Positions 9,485 through 17,864 of a stretch of 64,000 bases of DNA are shown piece after piece. The stretch is from Eubacteriales bacterium (GTDB lineage Bacteria; Bacillota; Clostridia; Oscillospirales; CAG-382), in the NCBI GenBank assembly GCA_045532035.1, contig JAZSFD010000050.1, positions 6,751 to 70,750 of the forward strand, written 5' to 3'. The number at the start of each line of letters is the position of its first letter. Position 1 is the first letter of the stretch. A model generated the notes under the pieces. The model had not been told where the DNA came from. It worked only from the letters and a program-made list of their open reading frames with translations, and searched no databases. The position numbers were made by a program, and so were the translations under genes.

Positions 9485-10252
9485 TTATTTATTTTCATTT
9501 GAAAGTCTTTCGTTGCGCTCGCGCTCTGCCTGCGAAAGGCGCAGATAAAGCGGAGAGAGTGCGCTTCCGCTGTATTCTTTTGCGTCAAAGGATGAGGATT
9601 TTATAATTTCATATCCTGCGCGCGCCACCGAAAAGCCGTCCTGCAAAAGATCTCCCGGCAAAGCCGGCGAAACATTCAGGCTTTTTCCGTCAAGATACTT
9701 TTCATAAAGGCTGTAAAAGAGTGCCGCTCCGTCGCCGCAAAGAACTATCTTCTTTTTGGGGTATTTTTCGCAAAGCTCATCTACAAGCTCCTTTGCCGTA
9801 ACAACGCGATCCTCGCACAGACGCTTTGGATGCTTGCTTTTCAGGCTGAAAAGCGCGTTGTAAAACTGCTCACGCCGTGCATCCATCAAAGGGCAGACAA
9901 GCGTGTTATCGCCGTAGGCGCAAAGATTCAGCGCCAGACAATAGAGTGTTGAAAGCGGGATGCAGGGCACGCTGTCTTCGCGCGAGAAAGCAAGACCTTT
10001 CACGGTTGAAACACCGATGCGCACTCCCGTAAACGAGCCGGGACCCGAGGTTATGGCAAAAGCATCCACCTGCGACAAAGAAACTCCTGCCAGAGACAGA
10101 GCCTCTCCTATCATGGGAAGAAGGCTTTCGCTGTGTGTCACTGTGCTGTTGAGCACAAGGCGCGAAACGGGCACAAGACCCTGAAGCGAGTCTTCTTTTG
10201 CAAGACAGACAGCGGCGGTTTTTGCAGTCGTATCGACCGAAAGTATATACAT
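9485..10252 (-). CDS. tsaB: tRNA threonylcarbamoyladenosine (t6A) biosynthesis protein TsaB
   Basis: 255 aa. Reads MYILSVDTTAKTAAV...ITSGPGSFTGVRIGVSTVKGLA (YeaZ/TsaB family). Confidence 0.9.
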   Translation of the reverse strand: MYILSVDTTAKTAAVCLAKEDSLQGLVPVSRLVLNSTVTHSESLLPMIGEALSLAGVSLSQVDAFAITSGPGSFTGVRIGVSTVKGLAFSREDSVPCIPLSTLYCLALNLCAYGDNTLVCPLMDARREQFYNALFSLKSKHPKRLCEDRVVTAKELVDELCEKYPKKKIVLCGDGAALFYSLYEKYLDGKSLNVSPALPGDLLQDGFSVARAGYEIIKSSSFDAKEYSGSALSPLYLRLSQAERERNERLSNENK

Positions 10253-10306
10253 GAAAATTCCTCTTGATAAGATCTTTTTAACTGTGCTTGACGCGGTAAC
10301 AAAACA

Positions 10307-10335
10307 ATTATACTATGCTTTGCGGCTTTTATCAA
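10307..10335 (-). promoter_or_regulatory. Sigma-A type promoter upstream of tsaB
   Basis: On the minus strand: TTGATA (10335-10330), a 17-nt spacer, then TATAAT (10312-10307). Confidence 0.6.
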
Positions 10336-10372
10336 GCGATTTTTTCAAAATTCGGCAAATTTCGCCGAAATT

Positions 10373-11386
10373 TTATTCGCTCTTCATTTCTGACAAAAGG
10401 ACATCGCGGTCTTTTGTCTGCATGACCTTGATGATGCCGTTGGCAACACAGTCAAGCGGGTCCTTTGAAACATAAACATTAAGGTGTGTCTTTTCGGCAA
10501 TAAGGGTATCTATTCCCGAAAGAAGAGCCCCTCCCCCCGTGAGCATGATGCCGTTGTCGTAAATATCCGAGCAAAGCTCGGGGGCTGTTGCCTCAAGGGT
10601 CGTTCTGATGACATCGATAATGGCGTTCAGCGGCTCCTCAAGGGCCTCTCGGATATCGCTGGAATAAACATTGAGTGCCGCAGGAAGTCCTGTCAGGATA
10701 TTTTTTCCCCTCACCTCGATAACGCCAAAATCGGTTGACGGATGTGCAGATCCGATGGCAATCTTAACATCCTCCGCGGTGGCATCACCGATGACGACAT
10801 TGAATTTTTTTCTGATATAGGAAGAGATCGCCTCGGTGCATTTATCTCCCGCAATGCGAAGGGATGCGGAATTTGCAATGCCACCCAGAGATATGACTGC
10901 AACCTCTGTGGTTCCGCCGCCGATATCCACCACCATACAGCCGCAGGCGGCTTTTATGGGAAGCCCTGCGCCAATGGCGGCCGCCACCGGCTCTTCTATC
11001 AGCGCAACGCTTTTTGCTCCCGCCTCAAGTGCTGCCTCCTGCACCGCTTTCTTTTCAACATCTGTCACTCCGTAAGGAATACAGATGATGATATTCGGTT
11101 TTGAGATGAGAATGCTGTTGCCGACGGCTTTTTTGATAAAGACCTTGAGCATTTCGCTGGTCAGCTCAAAATCGGCAATAACTCCCTCGCGCAAGGGGCG
11201 CATGGCGTTGATGTAAGGAGGGGTTTTGCCATACATGGTCTTTGCTTCGTCACCCACCGAAATGACATGGTTTGAGCGCGAATGATAGGTGACATAGGAG
11301 GGCTCGCGAATGATTATCCCGCCGTGCTTTGTGCAGACGAGAGTGTTCGCGGTTCCCAGATCTATTCCGATATAGCTTCCCGTCAT
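10373..11386 (-). CDS. mreB: Rod shape-determining actin-like protein, MreB/Mbl family
   Basis: 337 aa. Reads IGIDLGTANTLV...RPLREGVIADFELTSEMLKVFI...VVDIGGGTTEVAVISLGG. No mreC or mreD follows it. Confidence 0.93.
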   Translation of the reverse strand: MTGSYIGIDLGTANTLVCTKHGGIIIREPSYVTYHSRSNHVISVGDEAKTMYGKTPPYINAMRPLREGVIADFELTSEMLKVFIKKAVGNSILISKPNIIICIPYGVTDVEKKAVQEAALEAGAKSVALIEEPVAAAIGAGLPIKAACGCMVVDIGGGTTEVAVISLGGIANSASLRIAGDKCTEAISSYIRKKFNVVIGDATAEDVKIAIGSAHPSTDFGVIEVRGKNILTGLPAALNVYSSDIREALEEPLNAIIDVIRTTLEATAPELCSDIYDNGIMLTGGGALLSGIDTLIAEKTHLNVYVSKDPLDCVANGIIKVMQTKDRDVLLSEMKSE

Positions 11387-14300
11387 GCTTTTTCCTCCTC
11401 AAGCTTTCTGATCTTGTCAACGACCTTGGCAGGGTTCATGACAATATCGGTTTTGTCAACAAACAGTGTGTCATATCCTGCTCTTTTCAGTCTTGCTCTT
11501 TCATATGCCGCACCCGCAAGCACATTTTCGGTTATCACCGCATATTCGCACTCTCCCACAGTCACGACAGCGGTTTTTCTGTTCTCGGAAACTCTGACCT
11601 TGATACCGTTTTCCGACATGAGGCGACAGAATTCGATAAGGTAAATATCATATACAGTATAGGAATGCTCCTTTTCACCGCGGATAAGCCTTCCGCCGAC
11701 ACGAGCCGAGCTTAAAAAGGCAAAAAGATTAAGCGCACCGCTTGCCGCCACGGTCTCGGGATGTTTGTCGCAGGATGCCGACGACACGACAACTGTACGC
11801 TCGGCACCGCTTTCAAGCACAGCGTTCGAAAGCTCAAAGCCGCGGGCACAGCCTCTTTCTCTGTCGTCAATGACTCCGCAGGTCATACAGCCGCCCGTGA
11901 TGTCATCCTTGCCATAGACCGTCGAAACATAAAGAATGTCACACATTCCCTTAAGCTTTCCGCCGGCGTAAGAAATCTCGATCATGCCCGATTCATAGGC
12001 CTTTGCCACAGCCTCGCTCTTTTCCGCCACCGCAGACAAAACCTCAGCTATAGCACGGCACTGGTTTTCAGAGAATGTCACAACACCGATGCGAAGTCCG
12101 CTGTCAGCCTCAAGCTCCTTCATTATTTCAAGTCCCACCGTCTGCGCCTCAAGCACATTTGTGTGGCGTTCCTTGTCAAAGGAGGAAAGGGGTGATCTTA
12201 AAAATTCAAGCTTTCTGTTTCCTTCATACGAAGGGCTGTAGGCGGTGTTTTGATCATGAAGACTGTATATCGGAATACCCGCTCTTATGCAGTCAGAAGC
12301 AAAGCTGTCGTTTGCTTTTGACATTTCTCCGGCAAATACCAGCTTGTGTCTTGCCGCATTAAGTATCGGAAGAATTCGGGCAGTCGGAACAAAATGCGCC
12401 GAGCAGACGATCATGTTTTCAAAATCCGAAAGAATACCTGCATAATAAGGCTCGGCAATGATAATGGGGAAAAGTATTTTCACCGTGTCGCTGTGACGCA
12501 GGATCAGCTCCTGCGCCGAAACTCTCGGATCATCAAGTCCTGTCGAGAACGCCTTTGATCTTTCGGTGTTGGAATTGATGTGTCCGACACAGCTTTCAAC
12601 ATATGCAAGCTTGCGGGCATTGAGATTGCGCACAGCCTTTTCCTTTGAAAGCAGCGCATAGCGTGCGGCATCGCCGGAATAGTCATTCATCAAATAGAAG
12701 GTCTTGTCGTTGAGGGATATCTGCTTGAGCGCCAGAAACAGAAGCGAACGGGTGAATATTTTTTCGGTGTTCGCAGTGTATCGGTTGGTCTCAAGATATT
12801 TCACAAAGCAGGAAAGACCGCGCTTTTCACATTCGGCGGCGCATTTGTTATATTCAGCCACATCGGCAATCTGAGCCGACGCGCCTTTCCAATCGGAAAG
12901 CATTTTTCCGATTCCCTTTTCCGAAAAGATGCCTTCGTCAAAATTCATGTTGTAAAGGTCGGCGCCCAGCATCTTTGAAAGAGAAACAAAGCCTCCGTCA
13001 TCAGAAAACATTCTGTCAAAAACACCGGCGGTTCCTATCACCGACGCAAGATTCAGCTTGTCCGAGCAGAACCGGTGAGCCGACGGGAATTTTTCGGCGG
13101 CATCATGACGCGCCTTTGAATCGGTGCCGTAGATCTTTTTGAGAAGCACATCCGCCATCTTGACGAAATCCACAAGCTTTGCAATTCTGCTCCAGTCCGA
13201 AAGGACTCCTTTCCAATAGCCTGCAAAGAGCTTTTGCATTTCTTCTTCAGCCACGGAAAATTCCGCAATCATTTTTTCACGCTCCGCAAGCACGCTCAAA
13301 GCCTCGGGAACGCTCTTTTTCACAATATCGGACGAGACGGCGGCAGTGCGGAAGGCGTTCAGCTTCTTTGTTATTTCGGAATGGCTCATTTCTCCTCTGC
13401 TTGTCCATTCCACGAAAAGCTCGCCCGCGGGCAGTTCATAAATGCCCTTGTCAAACTCACAAAGCTCTCTTTCACATTCAGCAATCTTTGAGGACAAAGC
13501 TCTTAGATTTGCAACATTTTTTGATACCGAATAAATATCCGAACAAAGAAGCTCGGGCGTTATTTCGCTGTTGTATTCCTTCGAAATGAGCACATTCAGC
13601 GAAAGATATGCATGAACCGACGGAAGATTCTTCAATGAGTCGATATCAAAGCCTGTGTTTTCGGCAATGCTTTTGCATCCGCGCGCAAGCTCCGAAAGGT
13701 CGGCTCCACACTTTTCGGCAAGATGGATAAATGTACGGCTGTCGGGAATCTCTCCCGTAAGGTGCGCTCTGAAAAGAGGATGCTTCGAAAAGCCCTCCTT
13801 CAGCGACAGCCTTGATGCCGCACGGCAAAGAGCCAGCTGAGATGCGAAAATCGCCTCGGTGCTTTCCCCTGAAAGATCGGGGAAAAACACCGTTTCGGGT
13901 TCAAGGCAGATTTCTTTTTCCTGCGCCGACAAGCCTGCGCCTGCATTTATATAAGCCCTTGCCGCCTCGTCAAACGAGAAGGCAAAGCTGTAATGCTTGT
14001 TTTTGGCTGCATAGTATTTTACAAATTTATCACGCAGCTGAGAAATGTCGCCGTCGTCCGACTCTATGTTCAGCGGAACAGGTATCTGAGAAAGGGAGAT
14101 CAGCTTGCTTCTGATGCTCTCTTTTATGTCGGTGTCCGACGAAAGAACAAGCACCGCGTTGTCAAGACCGAGTTTTTGGAATTCGCGCAGTATCGCACGC
14201 CTTTCGTCACGGTTTTCCGAAACGATGACGGCGGGACCTGCCTGTTTCAGACAGTCACAGGCAACAGCTGTTGAGATACGGCACTGCTTTATAAAATCGG

Positions 14301-16092
14301 CTCCCGTGACCATGACATCACGGTCCTTTGCATATGATGCGGCAAAAAGCTCCTTTGCCGAAAAAAGATCGGGCGCACCGAAAGCTGCCGCCCCCGCGTC
14401 GCTTGTGTTTTCGGCGGGAAGATACTCGTTTTCTTTTTCCCCGGGGTCAAGAATTGAACAGGAAAGCGGATCTGCCATGATCCTTTCATATCGGTCGATC
14501 ATGTAGAACGAAATCAGGCTGTCCTTGCACTCAAATCTGCCAAGCATCGTATCGCGGGAAAGGGTATATTCACCGCCGGTCAACTTGCAGAAGCTTTCAA
14601 AACAATCGATAATGTTGTCAAGATTTCCTGCAGGAAGTCGGTATTCATCAAAAAATTTCTTTCCGTCCGGGGTCGACCTCAGCTTTTCGCAGACAAGACG
14701 GTTGATATACGGCTTTGGAGACAAAAATTCAAAATATATAAGACTGTCGGTGACAGAAAGCTTTACCGGATAAAAAGCAAGCGGCGCATTGAAGAAGCCC
14801 GAACAAAGCTTTCCGCAGGCAAGATACAGCTCTCCCCTCTTTTCGCGCACAAGAGCCTTTGCCAAAGCTGACACCTCCGAAAAATCGGCAGAATGCTGAT
14901 CGAGCGCATCGGCAACAATGATCCTGTCTCCAAAGAAAGCGCTTTCGGTCACCTTTGAAAGCTCCGAAAAGCCCACGGGAATTCCGCCCGAGAATTTCAG
15001 AAGCGACGAATTTTCCGAATCACAAAGGCTTTCGGCAAGCTCCGAAAGATTTTTGTGTTTTCTTTTTTTCTTTTCGCGCAAGGGGGAGATGAGCTTTTCT
15101 GTCTTTTCTTCAAGCTCTCTGTCGGCACAGGCAACAGCAATCCCCTGCGAATATGCCGCGCAGATATCAACGGCATACACCGTCTCTTCCTCGGTTATTT
15201 TTTCATATGCGTCTCTCACCGCATCGTCAAGCTCAATGCTGTGACCGGTGAAAAGGCAGGAAACATCAAAAAGTGTCAGCTCTCCGGCATCGTATGCCGC
15301 ACGAAGCTTTTCGCCCGAGGTGCAAACGGGAAGACCGAAGACATTCTTTTCCCGGACAACTCCGCAGAGTATTCTCGGTGCTTTTTTGCCCTTAAGAACG
15401 GCAAGAGCAGGAAAAAGACCTGCGCGAAGAGCGCATGAGCAGTATATCAGAGCCATTTCAAGGGGAGATACCATGGCAGAGCGTTTTGTGAGCAGCGTTC
15501 CTATATCTTCAAAAGCCACATCGTGCGAAACAAAATCGCATTCGCGCACCGAATACACAATGCGTCGGCTGCGCAAAGCGTCATAAAGTCCCGAAAGATC
15601 GCGGCATTCGGGAAGAGTTGCTATTTTTTCGATCTCGGGATGGCAGGGAGAGAGAACAGATGCAAAAACGACAGGAGATGCGCAAGACGGAAAAACATTC
15701 GCAGGCAAAAGCTTCATCGGCGCATCGCCCATGTATTTCGTCCCGTCGACCGTCACTTCAACGCAGAGCTTTCCGGGAACGGGCGCCTTGAGATTGCGGA
15801 AAAAGTCAGTTTTCACCGCAAGGGGTGCGAAGGAAAAATCCAAAAAGGCCATGTCAAGCCCTTTTTCGCAAATTATCTCGCCCGAAAAAGCAGGTGTTCT
15901 TTCAATAAAGAATCCCGCCTTCGAAAGTCCGTATATATTGACCGTCACATTATACACCCTCGGCTCTGTCAGTCCTCCGATGCGAAGCTGTGCCAAAGGT
16001 GCACCGCCTGCCGCAAGGACAGCCAGCGAAAAAACCGGGCAGACAATGGGAGTCACGGTTATTTTGTTTTCTGTTTCTGTCAAATTACTCAT
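11383..16092 (-). CDS. Very large (about 1569 aa) DUF4011/Upf1-like SF1 helicase-nuclease homologue with degenerate catalytic motifs; function unknown
   Basis: The ORF is open from 11383 to 16134. I prefer the ATG at 16092 (MSNLTETENK) because AGAGGA lies 9 nt upstream. The stop overlaps the mreB start as ATGA at 11383-11386. Colinearity with helicase families is judged by eye. There is no GxxxxGK[ST] anywhere in the protein. Confidence 0.8.
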   Translation of the reverse strand: MSNLTETENKITVTPIVCPVFSLAVLAAGGAPLAQLRIGGLTEPRVYNVTVNIYGLSKAGFFIERTPAFSGEIICEKGLDMAFLDFSFAPLAVKTDFFRNLKAPVPGKLCVEVTVDGTKYMGDAPMKLLPANVFPSCASPVVFASVLSPCHPEIEKIATLPECRDLSGLYDALRSRRIVYSVRECDFVSHDVAFEDIGTLLTKRSAMVSPLEMALIYCSCALRAGLFPALAVLKGKKAPRILCGVVREKNVFGLPVCTSGEKLRAAYDAGELTLFDVSCLFTGHSIELDDAVRDAYEKITEEETVYAVDICAAYSQGIAVACADRELEEKTEKLISPLREKKKRKHKNLSELAESLCDSENSSLLKFSGGIPVGFSELSKVTESAFFGDRIIVADALDQHSADFSEVSALAKALVREKRGELYLACGKLCSGFFNAPLAFYPVKLSVTDSLIYFEFLSPKPYINRLVCEKLRSTPDGKKFFDEYRLPAGNLDNIIDCFESFCKLTGGEYTLSRDTMLGRFECKDSLISFYMIDRYERIMADPLSCSILDPGEKENEYLPAENTSDAGAAAFGAPDLFSAKELFAASYAKDRDVMVTGADFIKQCRISTAVACDCLKQAGPAVIVSENRDERRAILREFQKLGLDNAVLVLSSDTDIKESIRSKLISLSQIPVPLNIESDDGDISQLRDKFVKYYAAKNKHYSFAFSFDEAARAYINAGAGLSAQEKEICLEPETVFFPDLSGESTEAIFASQLALCRAASRLSLKEGFSKHPLFRAHLTGEIPDSRTFIHLAEKCGADLSELARGCKSIAENTGFDIDSLKNLPSVHAYLSLNVLISKEYNSEITPELLCSDIYSVSKNVANLRALSSKIAECERELCEFDKGIYELPAGELFVEWTSRGEMSHSEITKKLNAFRTAAVSSDIVKKSVPEALSVLAEREKMIAEFSVAEEEMQKLFAGYWKGVLSDWSRIAKLVDFVKMADVLLKKIYGTDSKARHDAAEKFPSAHRFCSDKLNLASVIGTAGVFDRMFSDDGGFVSLSKMLGADLYNMNFDEGIFSEKGIGKMLSDWKGASAQIADVAEYNKCAAECEKRGLSCFVKYLETNRYTANTEKIFTRSLLFLALKQISLNDKTFYLMNDYSGDAARYALLSKEKAVRNLNARKLAYVESCVGHINSNTERSKAFSTGLDDPRVSAQELILRHSDTVKILFPIIIAEPYYAGILSDFENMIVCSAHFVPTARILPILNAARHKLVFAGEMSKANDSFASDCIRAGIPIYSLHDQNTAYSPSYEGNRKLEFLRSPLSSFDKERHTNVLEAQTVGLEIMKELEADSGLRIGVVTFSENQCRAIAEVLSAVAEKSEAVAKAYESGMIEISYAGGKLKGMCDILYVSTVYGKDDITGGCMTCGVIDDRERGCARGFELSNAVLESGAERTVVVSSASCDKHPETVAASGALNLFAFLSSARVGGRLIRGEKEHSYTVYDIYLIEFCRLMSENGIKVRVSENRKTAVVTVGECEYAVITENVLAGAAYERARLKRAGYDTLFVDKTDIVMNPAKVVDKIRKLEEEKA

Positions 16093-16138
16093 CTGCAACA
16101 ATCCTCTAAACCATTGATTTACATACTTATACAATTAT

Positions 16139-16167
16139 AGTATAACAAATTTCAAGGCGTATTTCAA
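16139..16167 (-). promoter_or_regulatory. Sigma-A type promoter of the large-protein/mreB unit
   Basis: On the minus strand: TTGAAA (16167-16162), a 17-nt spacer, then TATACT (16144-16139). It lies just downstream of a terminator. Confidence 0.6.
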
Positions 16168-16179
16168 CTGTTTTGCGCG

Positions 16180-16213
16180 AAAAAATACAGAAACGCGTCG
16201 ATTGCGTTTCTGT
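16180..16213 (-). terminator. Rho-independent terminator (ends the upstream decarboxylase operon or a small RNA)
   Basis: A 10-bp stem acagaaacgc/gcgtttctgt with a 7-nt loop is followed on the minus strand by ATTTTTT. Confidence 0.8.
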
Positions 16214-16513
16214 CAGTTTATAGATAAGGTATTTTTCAAACAATTTTGAGGGAAACCCCCAGCGAGGGTTTCCCTCTTGCACTGCGTGCAATTCACCCTT
16301 CCTGCGCTTTCTGTAGCATAAAAAAGATGTTTCGCTCTCTGCGGAGAGCGACCAAAGGCGCCGCGGAAGTTTGCATACAAACTTCTAAAGTTGCTACGCA
16401 ACTTCCACTTTGGAAACCGAAACCTTTTTGAAAAAAGGTTTATCGAAAACTTTCATTAGGTTTGCAACTCGCTCACAGAACCGCATTGGTGCGTTCCTGT
16501 ATTTTCACATATT

Positions 16514-17863
16514 TCATTCTTCAACAACTTCGATCTCAAAAATTCCGTATTTTTTGAAAAGCTTTACCGAATTTTCGGTTATCCTCTCGCCGCTGATGAC
16601 AATGGGAATGGCAGGAGGGCAGGACACCGCAGGACATCCGCAGACCTTGCCGCAAGCCTCATCAACCGGAACCTTTTTCCTCGGTGCAAAGATCGCCTCT
16701 CTTATCGACATCACCTTTTCGCCGGCTTGTGTCGTCATGCTTTCGGATCTGCCGGGCTCTTTTGCCAAAAGGCTTTCAAAAGCCTTTTCCAGACGGCAAA
16801 AATCCTCTTCGGAATTGTGAACCGCCGCCATCAGCACAAGGTGATCCTCGTCACAGAATTCGATCTCGATGCCCATTGTGCGCAGATGCTCCTCAAGCTC
16901 TTGCGAAAGATACCCCGATTTTTTTGTATCAACAACAAGCTTCAAGGCTTCGTTTCCCGAAAGGGCAAAGCCCTTTGAGCGCAGAAGCTTTTTCACTTTC
17001 TCAAGTCTTTTCGCCGCAATTTCAAGCTTTTGTGTGAAACCGTCAGCAAGAAACGCGTTACAGCTGTCAAGCGATTGCAGGATAAGATACGACGGGCTTG
17101 TGGAAGCAAAAACCGACAGCATATTGCGGGCATTCCGCAAAAAAGCATTCTCTGCCTTTTTTGATATGTGAAGATAAGCACCGCCCGTAAGGACAGGCAA
17201 GGTCTTGTGCGCCGAATCACAGCACATCCGGGCGCCGAGCGTTATGGGGTGAATATCCTCTTTCAGAAATTTCAGATATGCTCCGTGGGCATTATCCACA
17301 AGAAGCGGAACACCAAAGCTGTCGCAAACCCTTGCAATACCCGAAATGTCGGCAATGTTTCCGAGATAATCGGGAGAGGTCAGATATACGGCACAAGGCT
17401 TTTCCGAAAGATTTTCCAACACCTCTTTCACATCGTCGGCGTCTATGGGGCAGGAGCAAAGCTCTCCGCCGTCTTTAGGATAAAGCCAGATAACATCAAT
17501 ATCAAGCAGTGCACAGCTGTAAACAAACGCCTTGTGAGCGTTGCGGGCGGCAAGAATCGTCTTTTTTCCCTTTTTTCCGTTCACCGCAAGTGCAAGCATT
17601 CCTTTTATGGCAAGGGATGACCCTTCTGTCGAATAAAAGGTGTGGGCGGTGTCGAAAAGCCTTGTGGCGTTTTCTTCGCTTTCGGCGATGATGCCGTCGG
17701 CGGAATACAAAACATCCGCACCCGAAATTTCGGTTATATCAAGCTCTTCGCAACCCAAAACATTTTTTCCCTTGTGTCCCGGCATATGAAAACGGGAAAA
17801 GGAGCTGTCCTTATAGCTCGCCACAAAATCGCAGATGGGAGTTGTGACCTTTTTTTCGTTCAT
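16514..17863 (-). CDS. Orn/Lys/Arg decarboxylase family PLP-dependent enzyme (YaaO/SpeA-like fold-I)
   Basis: 449 aa. Reads FHMPGHKGK...STEGSSLAIKGM...DSAHKTLPVLTGGAYLHI. The start is 1 nt after the scfB stop. Confidence 0.9.
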   Translation of the reverse strand: MNEKKVTTPICDFVASYKDSSFSRFHMPGHKGKNVLGCEELDITEISGADVLYSADGIIAESEENATRLFDTAHTFYSTEGSSLAIKGMLALAVNGKKGKKTILAARNAHKAFVYSCALLDIDVIWLYPKDGGELCSCPIDADDVKEVLENLSEKPCAVYLTSPDYLGNIADISGIARVCDSFGVPLLVDNAHGAYLKFLKEDIHPITLGARMCCDSAHKTLPVLTGGAYLHISKKAENAFLRNARNMLSVFASTSPSYLILQSLDSCNAFLADGFTQKLEIAAKRLEKVKKLLRSKGFALSGNEALKLVVDTKKSGYLSQELEEHLRTMGIEIEFCDEDHLVLMAAVHNSEEDFCRLEKAFESLLAKEPGRSESMTTQAGEKVMSIREAIFAPRKKVPVDEACGKVCGCPAVSCPPAIPIVISGERITENSVKLFKKYGIFEIEVVEE

Positions 17864-17864
17864 A

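Noticed and set aside
10347-10374. A hairpin right after the mreB stop could be its terminator.
   Set aside because: The stem (ttcggc/gccgaa plus A/T pairs) is followed on the minus strand by an A-run rather than a U-run, so it is not a canonical intrinsic terminator. I left it unannotated.
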